A stretch of 64,000 bases of DNA from Tubulanus polymorphus (taxonomy: Eukaryota > Animalia > Nemertea), in assembly GCF_964204645.1 (NCBI RefSeq), contig NC_134030.1, positions 19,180,210 through 19,244,209 on the forward strand. Reading direction: 5' to 3'. The translations under genes were made by a program, and so were the position numbers. A model generated the notes under the pieces. The model was not told the DNA's origin. It made no database searches and worked only from the letters and a program-made list of their open reading frames with translations. Shown in pieces: positions 1 to 13,800 of this stretch (position 1 is the first letter of the stretch; each line of letters opens with the position of its first letter).

Positions 1-512
1 CGTCCTCGAGCCATAATCTGGAACGACAACCCTGGCCTCATAAAGACGTTTAACATCATTGTTTAAAATTCACATATTTTCTTCACTAGTTAGCCCATTT
101 TAATATATGTGAACTTTTTGATACATTGATGATCTGATGTAAAACTGACCACTGCCTTTATTTGCCATCATACAGCTAGTGATGCGAGTATCTACGAACA
201 CTGACTGAAACGACAACCCTCGTCAAGGCATTGAAACACGGTTGTTTGAAAATAACAATCTTCAGTCGATTCATTGTTCGTATAATTGCCTAAAACTGTT
301 CTTTTTTTCGCTCATAGATCGTAAAAGTTGTAGTTTTGTCCCACGATAACATTTTGAAAACTTGTTAAATAAGCTAAGTAAAATCGAGTTACACTCCGGA
401 CTTTTTCTAAAGAACCGATTGATTCACGTTCATTTCGATTAACAGGAATCAATCGTGGAACCATCTCAGAAATTGGATGTCCTCAACAAATGGATGTCCG
501 TTCGAACGAAGT

Positions 513-790
513 CTTAGAATATGAAGCATTAAAAGGAAATAAGTACAAATTCAGAACATATTTACCAGATAGATTTCATAGATTATCAAGTGAAGATATT
601 GAAGAATTATGTTCTGGAGATTTCAATTTCATATACAAAGGTAAGAATGAAAAAGGGCACCATGATATAGATTTCGAAAAATATAAAATCAATTTTAATA
701 AAAAATCTGATATTAAAATGGAAGCAAATAAGAAGTACTACTGTCCAATATGTAAAATCAATATAGATAAATCTCAAAAAGCAAGGCTTT
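513..790 (+). mobile_element. Very AT-rich coding-like fragment, possibly a Polinton/Maverick or DNA-virus-derived relic
   Basis: Abrupt A-rich segment inside ORF 490..807 encoding YKFRTYLPDRF...FNFIYKG, then TAAAATG and MEANKKYYCPICKINIDKSQKAR (a CxxC zinc-knuckle start cut short). The family call is recall-based only. Confidence 0.3.
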
Positions 791-1976
791 CCGCGATAGT
801 TTCATAGCCATGGAGCATTATTCAGAAGGTTTAAGTCTTGACCAGCACCAGTTGGCGGGTCGACTGAAATGAATCATTAGCTGACACGACTTTCAGTATT
901 CTTGAATGATCAATACTTCTTCAGATTATGAATCGTGATTTCGAGACATTATTCGATAATATATCGACCAGGAAATATCTCTCAGAAATCACTCTCGTCT
1001 CTATTATGAAGAGCTGGGAATCAAACGGCTGGAATGCGAAATACACAACAAGTGCTGACGTAGTCAACAGGCGCACACGTGCCCAACCAGCGTCGCCAGC
1101 AACGTGTGCGCCGGCGTGTGCCTCGATCGTGTACGGCATCGAATATAAACAAGAGCGGTTTGAATAAATAGCTCTCAATCGAGAGAGAGGGAGAGCACCG
1201 TCTGGTGTGACTATTAATATTTCATAATCTCGACACTTAACAAACCTTTACCCGGCGTTGTAGTCAAACAAGACGGCGTCGCCTCGATTGGCGAGACCTT
1301 TCTCGGGTAACGAATAAACACTTTTAATATAACGTCATCGCTTTCTCGTCGCGCGAGATGAGTATATTGAATTAAAGTAATTATTGAGGCGGGACTGAAA
1401 GAACATGAAACGCTATAACAGCGAGCCAACAGTCTATCGTCCGATTCACGGTGGCCTTCTTCTTGGCCTCGTGATTACAAATTCGAATGGAATTCTATTT
1501 GTTTTTTAATCTTGGGTGAACCCGATTAGTGCAGTATTTACCCCCGATTCAATACGAACACAACGATTCACTGTTACTATAAAAACACCGCCGAATATAA
1601 TAACATAATGGCGCGATTATATATATATATTTCACTCCTGGTTTAGATTCCCGATGAAAGAGGTCTTTATTCGTCTTAAGTAAATCACGTTATAAATATA
1701 CACCTATTTACTATGCGCAACCCTGAACGAAATCTCTGTATTTATAGAGCTATCGCGGTCGCTGTGTCGTAAATTACTTCTTCTACAAAGTACGTTATGT
1801 TTTTTTTTTTTGAAAAGAAACTCTAAAATTCTCCCAGGGATCAAGGTTAAGAGAATGTTGATATTTCGATTTTGACTCGTATAGCCGGGCGTATCGATAT
1901 CTGATTCGTAAACGTTTGCTGTTAGAATTCATCGTGAACGTGTATTTTACTGTATTGTGCAATTCCGTGCAGTCTC

Positions 1977-2228
1977 TCACGACACCGTGTGCCTTAACCA
2001 GCCTGTCACGACACTGTGTGCCTTAACCAGTCTGTCACGACACCGTGTGCCTTAACCAGTCTGTCACAACACCGTGTGCCTTAACCAGTCTGTCACGACA
2101 CCGTGTGCCTTAACCAGTCCGTCACAACACCGTGTGCCTTAACCAGCCTTTCACGACACCGTGTGCCATAACCAACCAGCCTGTCACAACATCGTGTGCC
2201 TTAACCAGCCTATCAAACCACCGTGTGC
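1977..2228. repeat. 29-bp minisatellite, about 8.5 copies (TCACGACACCGTGTGCCTTAACCAGYCTG)
   Basis: Head-to-tail units start at 1977, 2006, 2035 and so on, with no spacers; the array degenerates at its right end. Confidence 0.95.
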
Positions 2229-3136
2229 GTCATTGTGCAGACTGTCAGTGCTTCCTGACCGCCAGTGATCTTGTCACCATAGTTGTGTGCCTCAGTCTGC
2301 AGCCTCTCACCACGCAGTTCTAATTTTTTTTCTCATGAATTTCATCAATATACGTTTGGCCTTTAAAGGTCCACAAATCGCCCCATTTAAAGAACGCCCT
2401 CCACTTAGTATTTAGAATGTAGAAACTCAAAACGTTAAAGCAATTTCTATGATTCAGAAATACCCAATTATAGTTCCGACTACTGACGTTCTTTCACTTA
2501 TTTCGCAAATAGTCGACTAAACTCCGATAACCGAAGTTCTAACCGGCCGTGGTCGCACGTGTCGAAATAAAATCGATTCATAATTCATATCAGTCAATTG
2601 AAACTCTCCAGGTGAACTTTTTTTTGTCAACCGTCGTTTCAGGCGAGGTTCGGTTTTCGATCGACCGCGTCGACGATCGAGTCGTGAATAATTAATACCG
2701 CACTTCAAGATGGCTGCCATGGCGGCGTGAGGCTCGCGGGAGTGCATATAGAGTCTCACGCGCTGGCGAATCGTTTGTATGTGTGTCTATCCATAATGCG
2801 TGATGCGAGAATTGAGACTCTATAAATTTTGAATTTTAAATGCGGCGGTGCGGTGTGGTAATTAACTGCGGCTCTTTGTAGTAGCCATAAGGAAGGCTGT
2901 ATGGATGTATGGTAGGCTCCACTCACAGACACACAGACACCTGCCCGGCAAAGTTTTCTAATGTACCTATTTAAATATGTACAAACATCCAGGCGACCGT
3001 AATCACTGTTTATCACGCGTATACGTCTCAACGCAGACTCTCATTCTCAGTGATGTGGCTCCGCAACCTGGGACAAACCTTGTCAATATTGGCCATCTTA
3101 TTGTGAAGTGTCGTGGACAAACCGTCTTTGAATGTG

Positions 3137-3405
3137 AACACATGTGAAATGGGGAGGATCAGTTTTTGAAAGTGTGCTGGTAAAATGTCTGATGTCTGGT
3201 GTTTGTAATTCATTTTCGATTAAAAAAGTCTCAGTTGAAGTTCTCAACATATGTGAAGTGTGGACGATCAGTTTTTGAAAGTGTGCTGATAAAATGTCTA
3301 ATGTCTGGTGTTTATAGTTCATTTTCAATTAGAAATGTATCAGGTGAAGCACTGAACACATGTGACGTGTGGACGATCAATTTTTGAATATATGCCGATA
3401 AACAT
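3137..3405. repeat. 109-bp tandem repeat (about 2.5 copies), member of a dispersed family
   Basis: AACA(C/T)ATGTGA...GATCAGTTTTTGAAAGTGTGCTG units start at 3137, 3246 and 3355; related copies at ~5700-6130 and ~35179-35277. Confidence 0.85.
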
Positions 3406-5699
3406 TTGACCTAATATCACCACTGACGATGTTGTGTTGGACTATGGACGTCTATTATTCATCCATGGTCGGACACACGGTCCTCACTGCAGATCGGTAA
3501 CTTCTCATATTCGAAAACGCCGATATCTATATAGCCTAAAATAGCCTACATGAAGAGGGAACTATATAAACCTACGACAAAACATATGAAAGGGGAATTC
3601 ACAAAAATTAGGTGATTAATATTTATTGTATGAGACGTGGGCGGCGATGTTACTGTTAAAAACATATACAGTTGAATGCTTCTTCAAATTTGTTTTTACA
3701 AAAACCTAATCAAAAAAGCGGTAACCGCACAAAGAAAACGACATTCCAATTTTACAACCGGTTACAAGAGACTCTATACTGCGCCGATTATTAATACGAT
3801 CCCTGAACTGTCGCATTTTATTGAGTGGAAAGTTGGTACGGTTATCATGCATAGATATAGGGCTTTCTGTTCGTGTTGAAGACCGCTATACGCGGGCAAC
3901 ATCCTGCCGAAATATAGCTACGGCGAAGTGTTACGAAAATCTTGATGCGGCCGGTAAAATGATCCGAACGATTTGGGTAATTCATTGCATTTCTATTCTC
4001 ATGGATATGGGTGCATGTTTGCCCTAGGAGGCGTTTACTGACTAGCTGATTTAATCACAATTTATGTCCTTATTCGTTCAAGACTTCTCATATACAATGG
4101 TGGAGCCAGGCCTTTTAGAAGTTTGGGGGCCAGGGTACTGAAGGGCAATAATAAAAAATGACCGGGAAGGGTAGTACAAATAGGTAATCACGAAGGGCAG
4201 GCACACCAAGACTTTGACGTTGGCAACGTTTGAAACCATCGAAGTCTTTGGTGTCCTTTAAGGCTATTTAAAGCCTATCAGGAGGGAATAATCCTCCCAA
4301 TAAAACGAAAAAGAAACGGAAAGTAGGTCTATTTGATACAGTTTTCACAAGATTCGTAGAGTAGCCTGTTTAAGTCGGAGCTAGCCGCTGATCGCCCAAG
4401 CATGTCGTGTTATAGTCGAGTATTGAAGGAAGTCATCGGGTTGAGAAAAGAAGCTGGGATCCGGACGGCATGACTTGGCAAAGTATTGACGATCAGTTTA
4501 CGTGCAGATGTTGATGTCAGTCGATTGTCTGAGGAGGTGCAGGTTACAGACGGCTGATAACATACGTATTGGCAGGCACGAGCATTTCGTATATCGGCAA
4601 AATTTAAAAGCGTCGAGGACGAGTTGACGCCTGTTTCGATACAGGTCCGGAAGATCTATTTTTAACAAAATGATCTACGAAATGACGTCGGTTTTCGACA
4701 GCACAAAATCGCTACGACAATTAGAACATCCCAAAACATCTCGAGGAGAAAGACATGTTTTACAACAATGCACATTCTACTCGGAAACTCGGAATCTCTG
4801 ACTGTAGATTAGCGCATAAATGTTTATAGAGATTAGTTCGTCGGAGATATGATTCAGAAGGGAAAGAAGGATCAGAGCCGTGTTGTGTGAGATAGTGAGT
4901 GTCTCTGTGTGATCAGCGAAAACCCTGGGGCGAAATATGTTCATTATTCATGGTCAATTGAGCAGTGATTGCGCTGTGAGTGCTTTGTGCTGTACATAAA
5001 TACGGAATCAGGGACTCATTTATGTTACATATCTATTATTTTCTATATGTATGTATGCATAATTAGCGATGATCAGCGCTTGTGGAAGTATGTGTGCGAG
5101 CGGCGCGTGTGTGTGTGTGTGTGTACTCTAACCCTCTGGCCGCGGTATATATACGTCGTATCGATTTTTCGTGGGGGAATTTAAATCGACGCATTTATTG
5201 GTAATAGGCCTATACTCGTCAAATCAGACTCGATGCCCGCCATCGCCACCATATACCCGTGTTTAAGGAGGGTTCTTGTTTTTGCACATCCTGTACGTAC
5301 ACACTAGGTGTTTTGTTTTTTCTCACAAAAAAAACTATCCATACAGTGTTTATTTCAGAATGGCGCAAATTCCAGAGGGAATGTTTTGTTTGGGGCTGAT
5401 TACGGTGCTACTGCATGGGAACTTGTCTTTATGGTATATCTTATGTTATTGACGTGCGAAGATGCCATTCGGCTATAGGTTTTGCATGTACCCTTGATAG
5501 TTTTGATAGTTTCGGCGTCTGGGCAAAGCTAAGGGGGTGACGCAAAAATGAGATGGTAATCTGAATGTCTAACTATCAAGCGATATGGTCAATATTTCTC
5601 TTGTCGCTGAGCGAATACTGTAGTGGACGATCAATTTTAACAAGTTGCATTCCCGTGAGCGAAAGCGTTTAAATACAGGTCTCAATCTTCAACTACATG

Positions 5700-6130
5700 C
5701 ATTCACCATCATGGGAGAAATTGGGACGAACACTTTTTGAAAATGCGAAGCTGTCATATGTAATGTCTGGCATTTGTAGGTAATGTCCAACAAGAAATCT
5801 AGCAGGTGATTTCCTAAATATGTATATATATATATATCTGTCGTTTGTAGTTCATTTACATTCAAAAACACGCATCTCACGGGAAGTCCTGAGTGATGCG
5901 TGGGGGTAGTTTTTAAAAGTTTGCTGATAAATTATCTAATATCTGGTGTTTTTTTTTCAAAGAAAATGTCTCAGGTGAAGTTCTGAACACATGTATAGTG
6001 TGGATGATCACTTTTCAAAAATGTGCTGATAAAATGTCTATAATGTCTGGTGTTTGTGGTTCATTTTCAATGAAGTCTCAGGTGAGGCACTAACACGTGT
6101 AAACGATCAGATTTTGAAAATGTGCTTTAC
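5700..6130. repeat. Degenerate array of the same ~109-bp repeat family
   Basis: Shares GTGCTGATAAAATGTCTA..TGTCTGGTGTTTG..GTTCATTTTCAAT and TCTCAGGTGAAGTTCTGAACACATGT with 3137-3405. Confidence 0.75.
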
Positions 6131-6300
6131 AAAATTCTAGTAATTTTGTCAAAATGTTGTATTTATTTCACCTCAAGTTCAAAATTGTCTTCTTTAGACA
6201 ATCATAATCCTATATTTCATAACGTTAGCCTCGGATGAACCTATATTGGAATTACATTTGTACCCCATAAGTTTAGTGGTGACTCACCGTGAAACAACTT

Positions 6301-6372
6301 GCCGTGATCGTCTAGAGGTTAGGACATTGCGTTGTGGCCGCAATAACCCAGGTTCGAATCCTGGTCACGGCA
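6301..6372 (+). tRNA. tRNA-His-GTG: tRNA-His (GTG)
   Basis: GCCGTGA...TCACGGCA acceptor stem, anticodon arm TTGCG-TTGTGGC-CGCAA, T arm CCAGG-TTCGAAT-CCTGG, followed by a T7 Pol III terminator. Confidence 0.97.
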
Positions 6373-7129
6373 GCATATTTTTTTGAAGATCATAAACAAT
6401 GATTCGTCTATACCGCACCATTTTTGAAAAACGCTTAAGACGCATATCACTTTTTATAGAAAAAAATCATCGCAAAAAGCTCGTGTGATGAAGATAATTT
6501 CTTAACTCAAAGCAGAACTAAACATCTCAGTTTTGATACGGAAACAGTAGTTGTAAAAAAACAAGAAATCTTTGGAATGGAATTACATAAATTATGGCAA
6601 AAGTACGTATTAGAAGCAAGTCATACCATACCACTTAACTTTTATACGCCTATTTCCTTTTTCTCCGAAATGGAATACGGGTTTATCTTGTTTTTTAGTG
6701 CTGAGTTAAAAATGATAGTTCACGTATAACTTTGGCTTCGACTCTTATCACAGACAGTGGCGGTGGCGTATATCAGTGCGCGCTCGTCTCACCCCTTACC
6801 TACACAGCCCCATCAAACATCTTAAAGGGACGCACGTTGAGCTACGCTCAAGAGATTTTCTATACAATATGTTTGATAATCGAACTCGGCTACGAGATAA
6901 TCTCACGACGTCATCGAATTACCCACTAATATAGCATCGATCGGGGCCAGAAAAAAGGGCTGCTGCCATCGATCCCCCTATGACATCATAAACCTACCTA
7001 GTAGTTAGTTAAGACGAAATGAAATTTTGTCGTCACCCCGTATGACATAATCAAATTACGATGTGATTGTAGACCGATAAAATGCATGATTCCATAAATC
7101 CACCAATGACATCATCAAATTACCCAATT

Positions 7130-7510
7130 CATTACTTAATCACTTACTATACACTGATTAAAGACCTTTCGTTACAAATGGCTATGAAAATGACTGTACT
7201 CACTATTGTTGTTTATAATTACCCCTTAGTTTGCTTCCCTTTAATCTATTTTAGCGTGTAACTGTTTCTCCGTTAATTTTCCTTTAGTTTGTATCATCTC
7301 TGATTACTTGAATTAGTCTCTTTGTCTCTGGATTGTATATATATCTCATAATTTTTGTAGTATCTCATTATTCCTGAAGATGACTATTAGGATATAGTCG
7401 AAACGTTGAAATAAACTACTATCTCGAAGTTTCATTTTCGGACTTTTTCGTTATAATTGTGGGATTCTCTCTACATCGCGTCAACACGGATATAGTGTTT
7501 TATCAATCGT
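7130..7510 (+). mobile_element. Penelope-like element 3' end (pseudo-LTR) containing a minimal hammerhead motif
   Basis: T-rich tail region, then CTGAAGA-T-GACTAT-loop-ATAGTC-GAAACGTT; the same terminus recurs in inverted plus direct form at 15785-15970. Left boundary approximate. Confidence 0.65.
7367..7414 (+). ncRNA. Minimal type I hammerhead ribozyme motif
   Basis: CUGANGA box at 7374-7380, stem II GACTAT/ATAGTC, GAAA at 7400-7403, palindromic ACGT stem III, putative GUU cleavage triplet ending at 7407, bulged stem I TTATTC/GAAATAA. Confidence 0.65.
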
Positions 7511-9152
7511 AATCGTGATGTACTTATACAGTTTCGGAATAACAGAACCACAGTATCTAAAATTAAGCCCGTGTGAATGAGTTTCTACCGATTTCAATAG
7601 TATTTAAGTACAAAAATACTCGATTTCCCGAGCAAATAAATGACGTTTTAGCGAGGATTGCTGTAACGAAAAACATGCATATCATTCTTCGTGTACATAG
7701 CATCATGTATATATTCATCTTAATGCGTTTAGTTTTAACAAAATGTCTTATCAGATGAATGCTTATCCGGCACTCTTACCCATCATCAAATACACGCCGG
7801 TTGTTGAACGGCAACAACGGGGGTAAACCTACGTGCGAATTTCACTAAAACAAAAACATCGCTGTTCACGGGCTTGTTATCGCGCGGATTATACCATCAA
7901 AACTTATCTCGTTAGACGAGGTAAGAAGGTGATAAGTAACTGATAAACCGCGTGTTAGATCAACTGTAACGACCTCGGCTGACAAGACGAAAGTATGTTG
8001 GTCCATCCTTAAAGCTCGTACGAGGTGGTTTCGTGTGTATATGGCGGCTCTGCGTAGCGATTCAGATGTTTAATAGCGCGTATCGGACGGGATTCGACCC
8101 TAATTCAGCGTGGTTTTATTTTCTATGGGGCACCGCCACGAGGGCCAGCGATTGAGAACGAGAAAATCGTTTCCACGAGTTTTCATCGTGATTTGCATCG
8201 TCCGGCCTTACCAACATCGGGGTCTTATATGAATTCGGAAATTGTACCGTTGAGCAGAGAACCCGCGGTCATGCCGCTATTCCAGGATCCGGCAGCATCA
8301 TTCTAATCAGATAGGTTATGATCTTAAAAAACGACTCATTTTTTATCTTAGAATAGGGACTAGGTAACTAATAGTCATGGAGTTGGTCAAACCTGAGAGT
8401 AATCAAAAGACCAGCTAGATCAACCAACTCTATCAATTTATGCTGTTCACAGAACTATATTGTATTTCGAAGTCCCATTTCAAAATCAAACCACCGTTTC
8501 CAATCCGGCAAGTGTCGCGGGTTTGTAAAAGGGACACACCGAAATGAGCTTTACATCAGATCAAATCAATAAACCATAGATGCAAGAGGGACAATCCGCT
8601 GTTTTACAATCATACCCTCTGTTTCGTTCCTGGCAGGCGTGCTGGGCTCGTAAGGGATATACAATCAAATTAATGAGCGGAACAATCCCTGTTTCAAAAT
8701 CGATAATCGTGAATCGCCATTTTGTTTCAATTCGAGAAGAAAGTATCCCTGCATTTTAAACAACTTTGATAATCGCCATCATTTATAACGCGCGCGATTA
8801 AATTTCGCGCTGATAGCGACTGATAGTTGACTGTTCGTTACTAGCCGGTTTCAAATACACACAAACAAAGAACTCGCTTCACCGCGGCAACGAAACACGC
8901 GTTTTTTAACAGCTGTCAAACTACAAACATTTTACCGGCGCGATGAAACTCGATTTCGTGAATAACATTTATGTTTACTAAAATAAATTGTTTACGAATG
9001 TTATCGCGCGTAGCTCTCTCTCTGATCGGCCGCGAAACCGCATCCTAAAACAAGGACCTTCATAGTACCATATTTCTTTCTACTGATCGAAAAGAACTTA
9101 TCAATTCTATGGTCACTACATTTCAACCTATTAACACTCTATCAACCTATTG

Positions 9153-9257
9153 GGAATCAGTTCCACAGTTGTGAGTTCAGATTTGACTCAAGAAGAGTTA
9201 ACTCATCGAACTTTTAACTCTGAGTTAACTCTAACTCACAACTGAGGAACCGGATCC
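9153..9257. mobile_element. ~105-bp MITE-like element with 25-bp imperfect terminal inverted repeats
   Basis: GGAATCAGTTCCACAGTTGTGAGTT versus the reverse complement of AACTCACAACTGAGGAACCGGATCC; a related terminus GGATCCAGTTCCGCAGTT occurs at ~14549. Confidence 0.65.
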
Positions 9258-10574
9258 TGGTATGTAACTAGTGTCTATTATTACTCCTCGGAAAATTCGT
9301 TGGAAAATCCAAATTTATCACGATACAGAATCAGCTCATCCCCGCTTCATTTTGCATGCATTAAAAGTTCATGTTATCTTGTAGCAAATAGTCAAGGCTT
9401 TCATATGATACGTAAGATTCGATCTTGATGAAGTGGGCCACCAAAATCGTGACCTCTTGGCCTCCGAACCACTCACTTGATACTAAACAATGTTTAGACA
9501 AACTGAGTCACTTCCGGAACCAGTTGCAATTCACACGCAATAATTTGACTCCCTAAAACTAGGCTCAGGCCAGGTCCGACGTTTTTGGTAGGACCAAACA
9601 TTTTTAGCACCCGCGTGTTTTTTTTTTTCACGGGGCCTATAATTTCGCGCGGGTCAAATCGCGGCTCCTGAAACTAACTCTGACACTTGACGTCGTGCGA
9701 CCACTGACGTGAGATGAGTGAAGTCATATATATCATTCAATTATTCAACATAGCACATGTATCCGTAATCCGATGAGGTCATATTAAACCTCACCTATAA
9801 ACATGCCGGCTGTGAGTCTGCCGTGTTCGATATTATGATACTATAAGCCGCAGTTTCATAACTCACTGGATGAAATGAATATGAATTCCAGCGCGTTTAG
9901 CATGAGGTCCTTCGCTAACGCACCCGACCCCATGAAAGGTGAAATGGATTTAGGGTGCATGAGCCGCCACCCTCTAATTATCTATCGTTGGTAGTTTTGT
10001 TTTAGAATTCGGAATAACGCTCGCGGTTCATATTACTTGATGTATATACGATTATAGGCCTGTGGGGTTTGACCCAACCCTTTACTCAATTCAGGATCGG
10101 CCCCTGATGATAAACTTGGTCATCTAGAAATAGAGAAATGCTAGTGGTATATATCATAGTAAGCTGGCACAGATTGATTACGTGTAAGCGTTGTGGCGAT
10201 TTCGCAGCCTCGTCTCACGTTCAACTTGCCTAAAATCCTAAATTCTAAAAGTCCATTCAGGAACAAAAGATAACAAGAACCGATGAACAAGTTATAGAAC
10301 TATTTTCCGTGTATATATGGAATCTATTGTTTTACGTATCGTTTATCTATACATACTGTATACACTATACACGCTGTTTGGTTTTTGGATTTATCGAATT
10401 TTGAAGTATAGCCGACAGACAGCGAGAGAGGAGAGGGGAGAGGGAGAGGGGAGATGGAGAGGAGGCGAAGTGATGCAAGGGATGGAAGAGGATGATGGGG
10501 GAGAAGCGAAAAGAGAGAAGGGAGAAGAGGAAAAGAGAGGATATGGTGGGTATAGGGAGGGAAGGAACGGTCGG

Positions 10575-10828
<254 letters not shown>

Positions 10829-13800
10829 ATAAAGTAGGGTGGGTGGTTGGGAGAAAAGGTAGGGGTAATAATAGTGAGGCGGAGGGATAACAAGACTTAG
10901 ATGAGAGGGGCAGAGAAACGAGGGCTTCGAATATTGTAGCGCGCGCGCGCGCTAAATAAATAACCATATCATCAATATTTAACGGAACACTTTTAGTTTA
11001 TAGATTGTCGAGAGACGGAGAGAGACTGAGAGAGACTGAGAGAGTGGTTCTATACAAGGCTAATGCGCTAGCGTTTTAATTGATATACCCGTTTACAATA
11101 CAATGAAGCTACACGGAAACCACGGCCAGGGAAAAAATTACCGTCGACGTATATTCATTGTATATAGATTTGATGACTGCGTTGAGAGTCGGGGTTTGTT
11201 GTAAAGGGCCTTTTATAACACGAAATCCCGCGGAGTTAGGTTTTTTCCTAATTTAATGCTTCGCGCCGTGCGTAGCCTGTATACCAACAGTACAAGACAC
11301 ATCAGCTTGGTTGTATAAATAAGCGGGGATTGCTTATACTTTGTTTGAACATTTCTGTTTTCGGAAAGTTTTGCTCAGGTGAACTATGCGAACAGAAATG
11401 TTAACCGCAGCGGCTACGATGAGGTGAATTCGTCGTCAAAGCCTGGTTCTACGAGCCCGTTTTTACCTTGTTTACATTGACTAAATTTGATTTTTTTACT
11501 AAACGCTTAACTCGGTTTGAAAAAGTTTCTTAGAAAAAAATTAAGTTTTGACGAGGCTTTCACTATAAAGCATATCATGGTTTAAAAAAAACTTCAGCTC
11601 TTTTTTAGTACGCAATAGTTTTAACTATCCTTACGCTTTTCTCCATATACTTTGGTTCTAATCAATTATGCTCGGATTCGGATGTTTAACTTCTCGGTTA
11701 TGGGTAGAAACCGTTGCCCAAAGCTTATACCGAAAAAGTGCGGTTGTGACGGCAGATGAAACTATACGACCGCCGACTCGAAAGGCACAGGGGACACGAC
11801 GCCACGCCGCAAACATAACACGATACACCTGTGGTCACTTTCTCAAATTAAAAAACGTGTCCCTTTCCAAATATACATCGAATATGTACTATTTCTGCTG
11901 CTACTATTTCTGATATAGAAACTTGTCGATGAGGCCGTTCAAACCTGCTTTCGATTCAATAAAGGTCAAAGCAAATAGTACTTCGAAGGATAACTCGACT
12001 TCATTCAAAAGTACGATCTTTCGATAGAAGTTTAAAAAGTAGCTTCACCGGCTGTCTGTCCTCATTCGCCCGATAAAGCTACCATACACCAGTAACGAAA
12101 GCTCGTACTTATAATCAAATCAAGTTAACCATCAAAGTACTCAACGTCTTTAAGTTCATTATTTTGGATCGAGCGTATAGTAGATTTCCGAGATGAAGCT
12201 GTATGTTCACCTCGTATACGGATAAACATAGTACATAGTAACAGTCAATATAGTAACATATGTAAGTTATGGAGTGGTGACATATTGGACACATAAATCT
12301 TCACACACACACACACACACTCGACTTTTACTCTAACAACGTGGGTACGCATGAACCTAAATAGACTATAGTGTATTCCGAGATGTCGCCATTTCAAAAA
12401 TCGTATCGAGGATATAGCGTCTTTGCCTTAAATTTAGCATGTACAGATTAGATATCACGTTTGGGCGAGATGTTTTCTTGAAAGCTGTTCTAGCGATGAG
12501 CTTCTGATGTTATCAAACCTAAAATTTGCGCCACGAACAAAAGTTTACACGGAATTTTTTAATATTCGCTCTATTTCTAGCGGTTCGAGGCTCTTTTCTG
12601 AAGAAGTTTCGACCGTAAATTACGTAGACTTTATTTCGTTCCGGTGCCACCAGGACCTAAAGCCACGAGCCGTGGATTGAAGAAACCGAGCGACTAACGC
12701 CTCTCCAAGCTTTACAAGCATGCCAATGCAAGTAAAAATCAAAACATGTTATGCCATCCATTCTTGAATAACTGAAATGTTATCAAATATGTAAACCCCT
12801 AATTATTCACCAGGCACTCCATTGAGATTTATATTTAGAACGAAGAAAAAGATTCTGAGCTTTTTTCAAACGTTGTTGATTTCGCATCGTCGGAAATTCG
12901 TAGCTATTCCGAGGAATTTATTCGTGGCCTTGTCTAAGTTTTTGCCCGATGAGAGAAACCGTTTTCGAGCCAGTTTCTTTTCATTATTCCAGGGTTCACG
13001 TGTTTGCGTTATTCTCGTTGCGCGCGGATATGTTTGGTAAACGGCTCTGGCCCATCTTATACCATTTGCGAAATATACACCTCGGTATTCAAAGAATCCA
13101 CGAATAAGCCCTTTTTAGAATGAACGCATCCCTCACTTGATATACGTATATGAGGCTCATCAATATATATTCCATGTAGGTAAACAGCAACCCAAACCCG
13201 AACAAAACCCTTTTGAAACTTATAGAATAATTATGGACCTCTTGCCCGCGCAAAAAGATCGAAAACGATAATCCACGATAGACCATCTTCTAGCAAGTTG
13301 ACACCAGTATCAAGATTCAAGACCGCTTCTATGGGTTTCTAAGACACGAATTCGCAACCGGACACTCGACATTTGGGATAAAAAACAGATAGAAAAACTA
13401 AATCTCCTTACCTGATACGGTTATCAGAACGGCCAGAATAGTTGCGACATTCCAGTGAATACATTCCGCTACTGGTCTCTTCATTTCGAACACCGAAAAA
13501 AGGTTTACTCGCCCATTTATCTAATGATCCTCGAACGTCCCTCAAACTTCCACCATCCTCACGAAACACCACAGTACGTATATCTTTTCTTTCACTCTAG
13601 CTGGAACAAATTTCGCGCGTATTCGACGATAATCCTCTAATCGTAGATTTCGTTGCGAACATGGCCGCGGTTCTCGAATTCAAAATTCAAAATTCGTGTC
13701 CGTTTAACGGTTAATCGCGAGCGCGTGTGCTAGCTATATAGGTGACGTCATTGGCGCGTTTTACTCCTGGAGTATACCGTACTACGCCCGACTCGCGTTT

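Noticed and set aside
1977-2228. 29-bp repeats of CRISPR-like length
   Set aside because: Units are directly adjacent with no unique spacers, there are no cas genes, and the context is eukaryotic; it is a minisatellite.
4400-4670. Weak resemblance to the end of a CR1-type ORF1 (AFRISAKF...VRKIYF)
   Set aside because: Too degenerate to support without a search.
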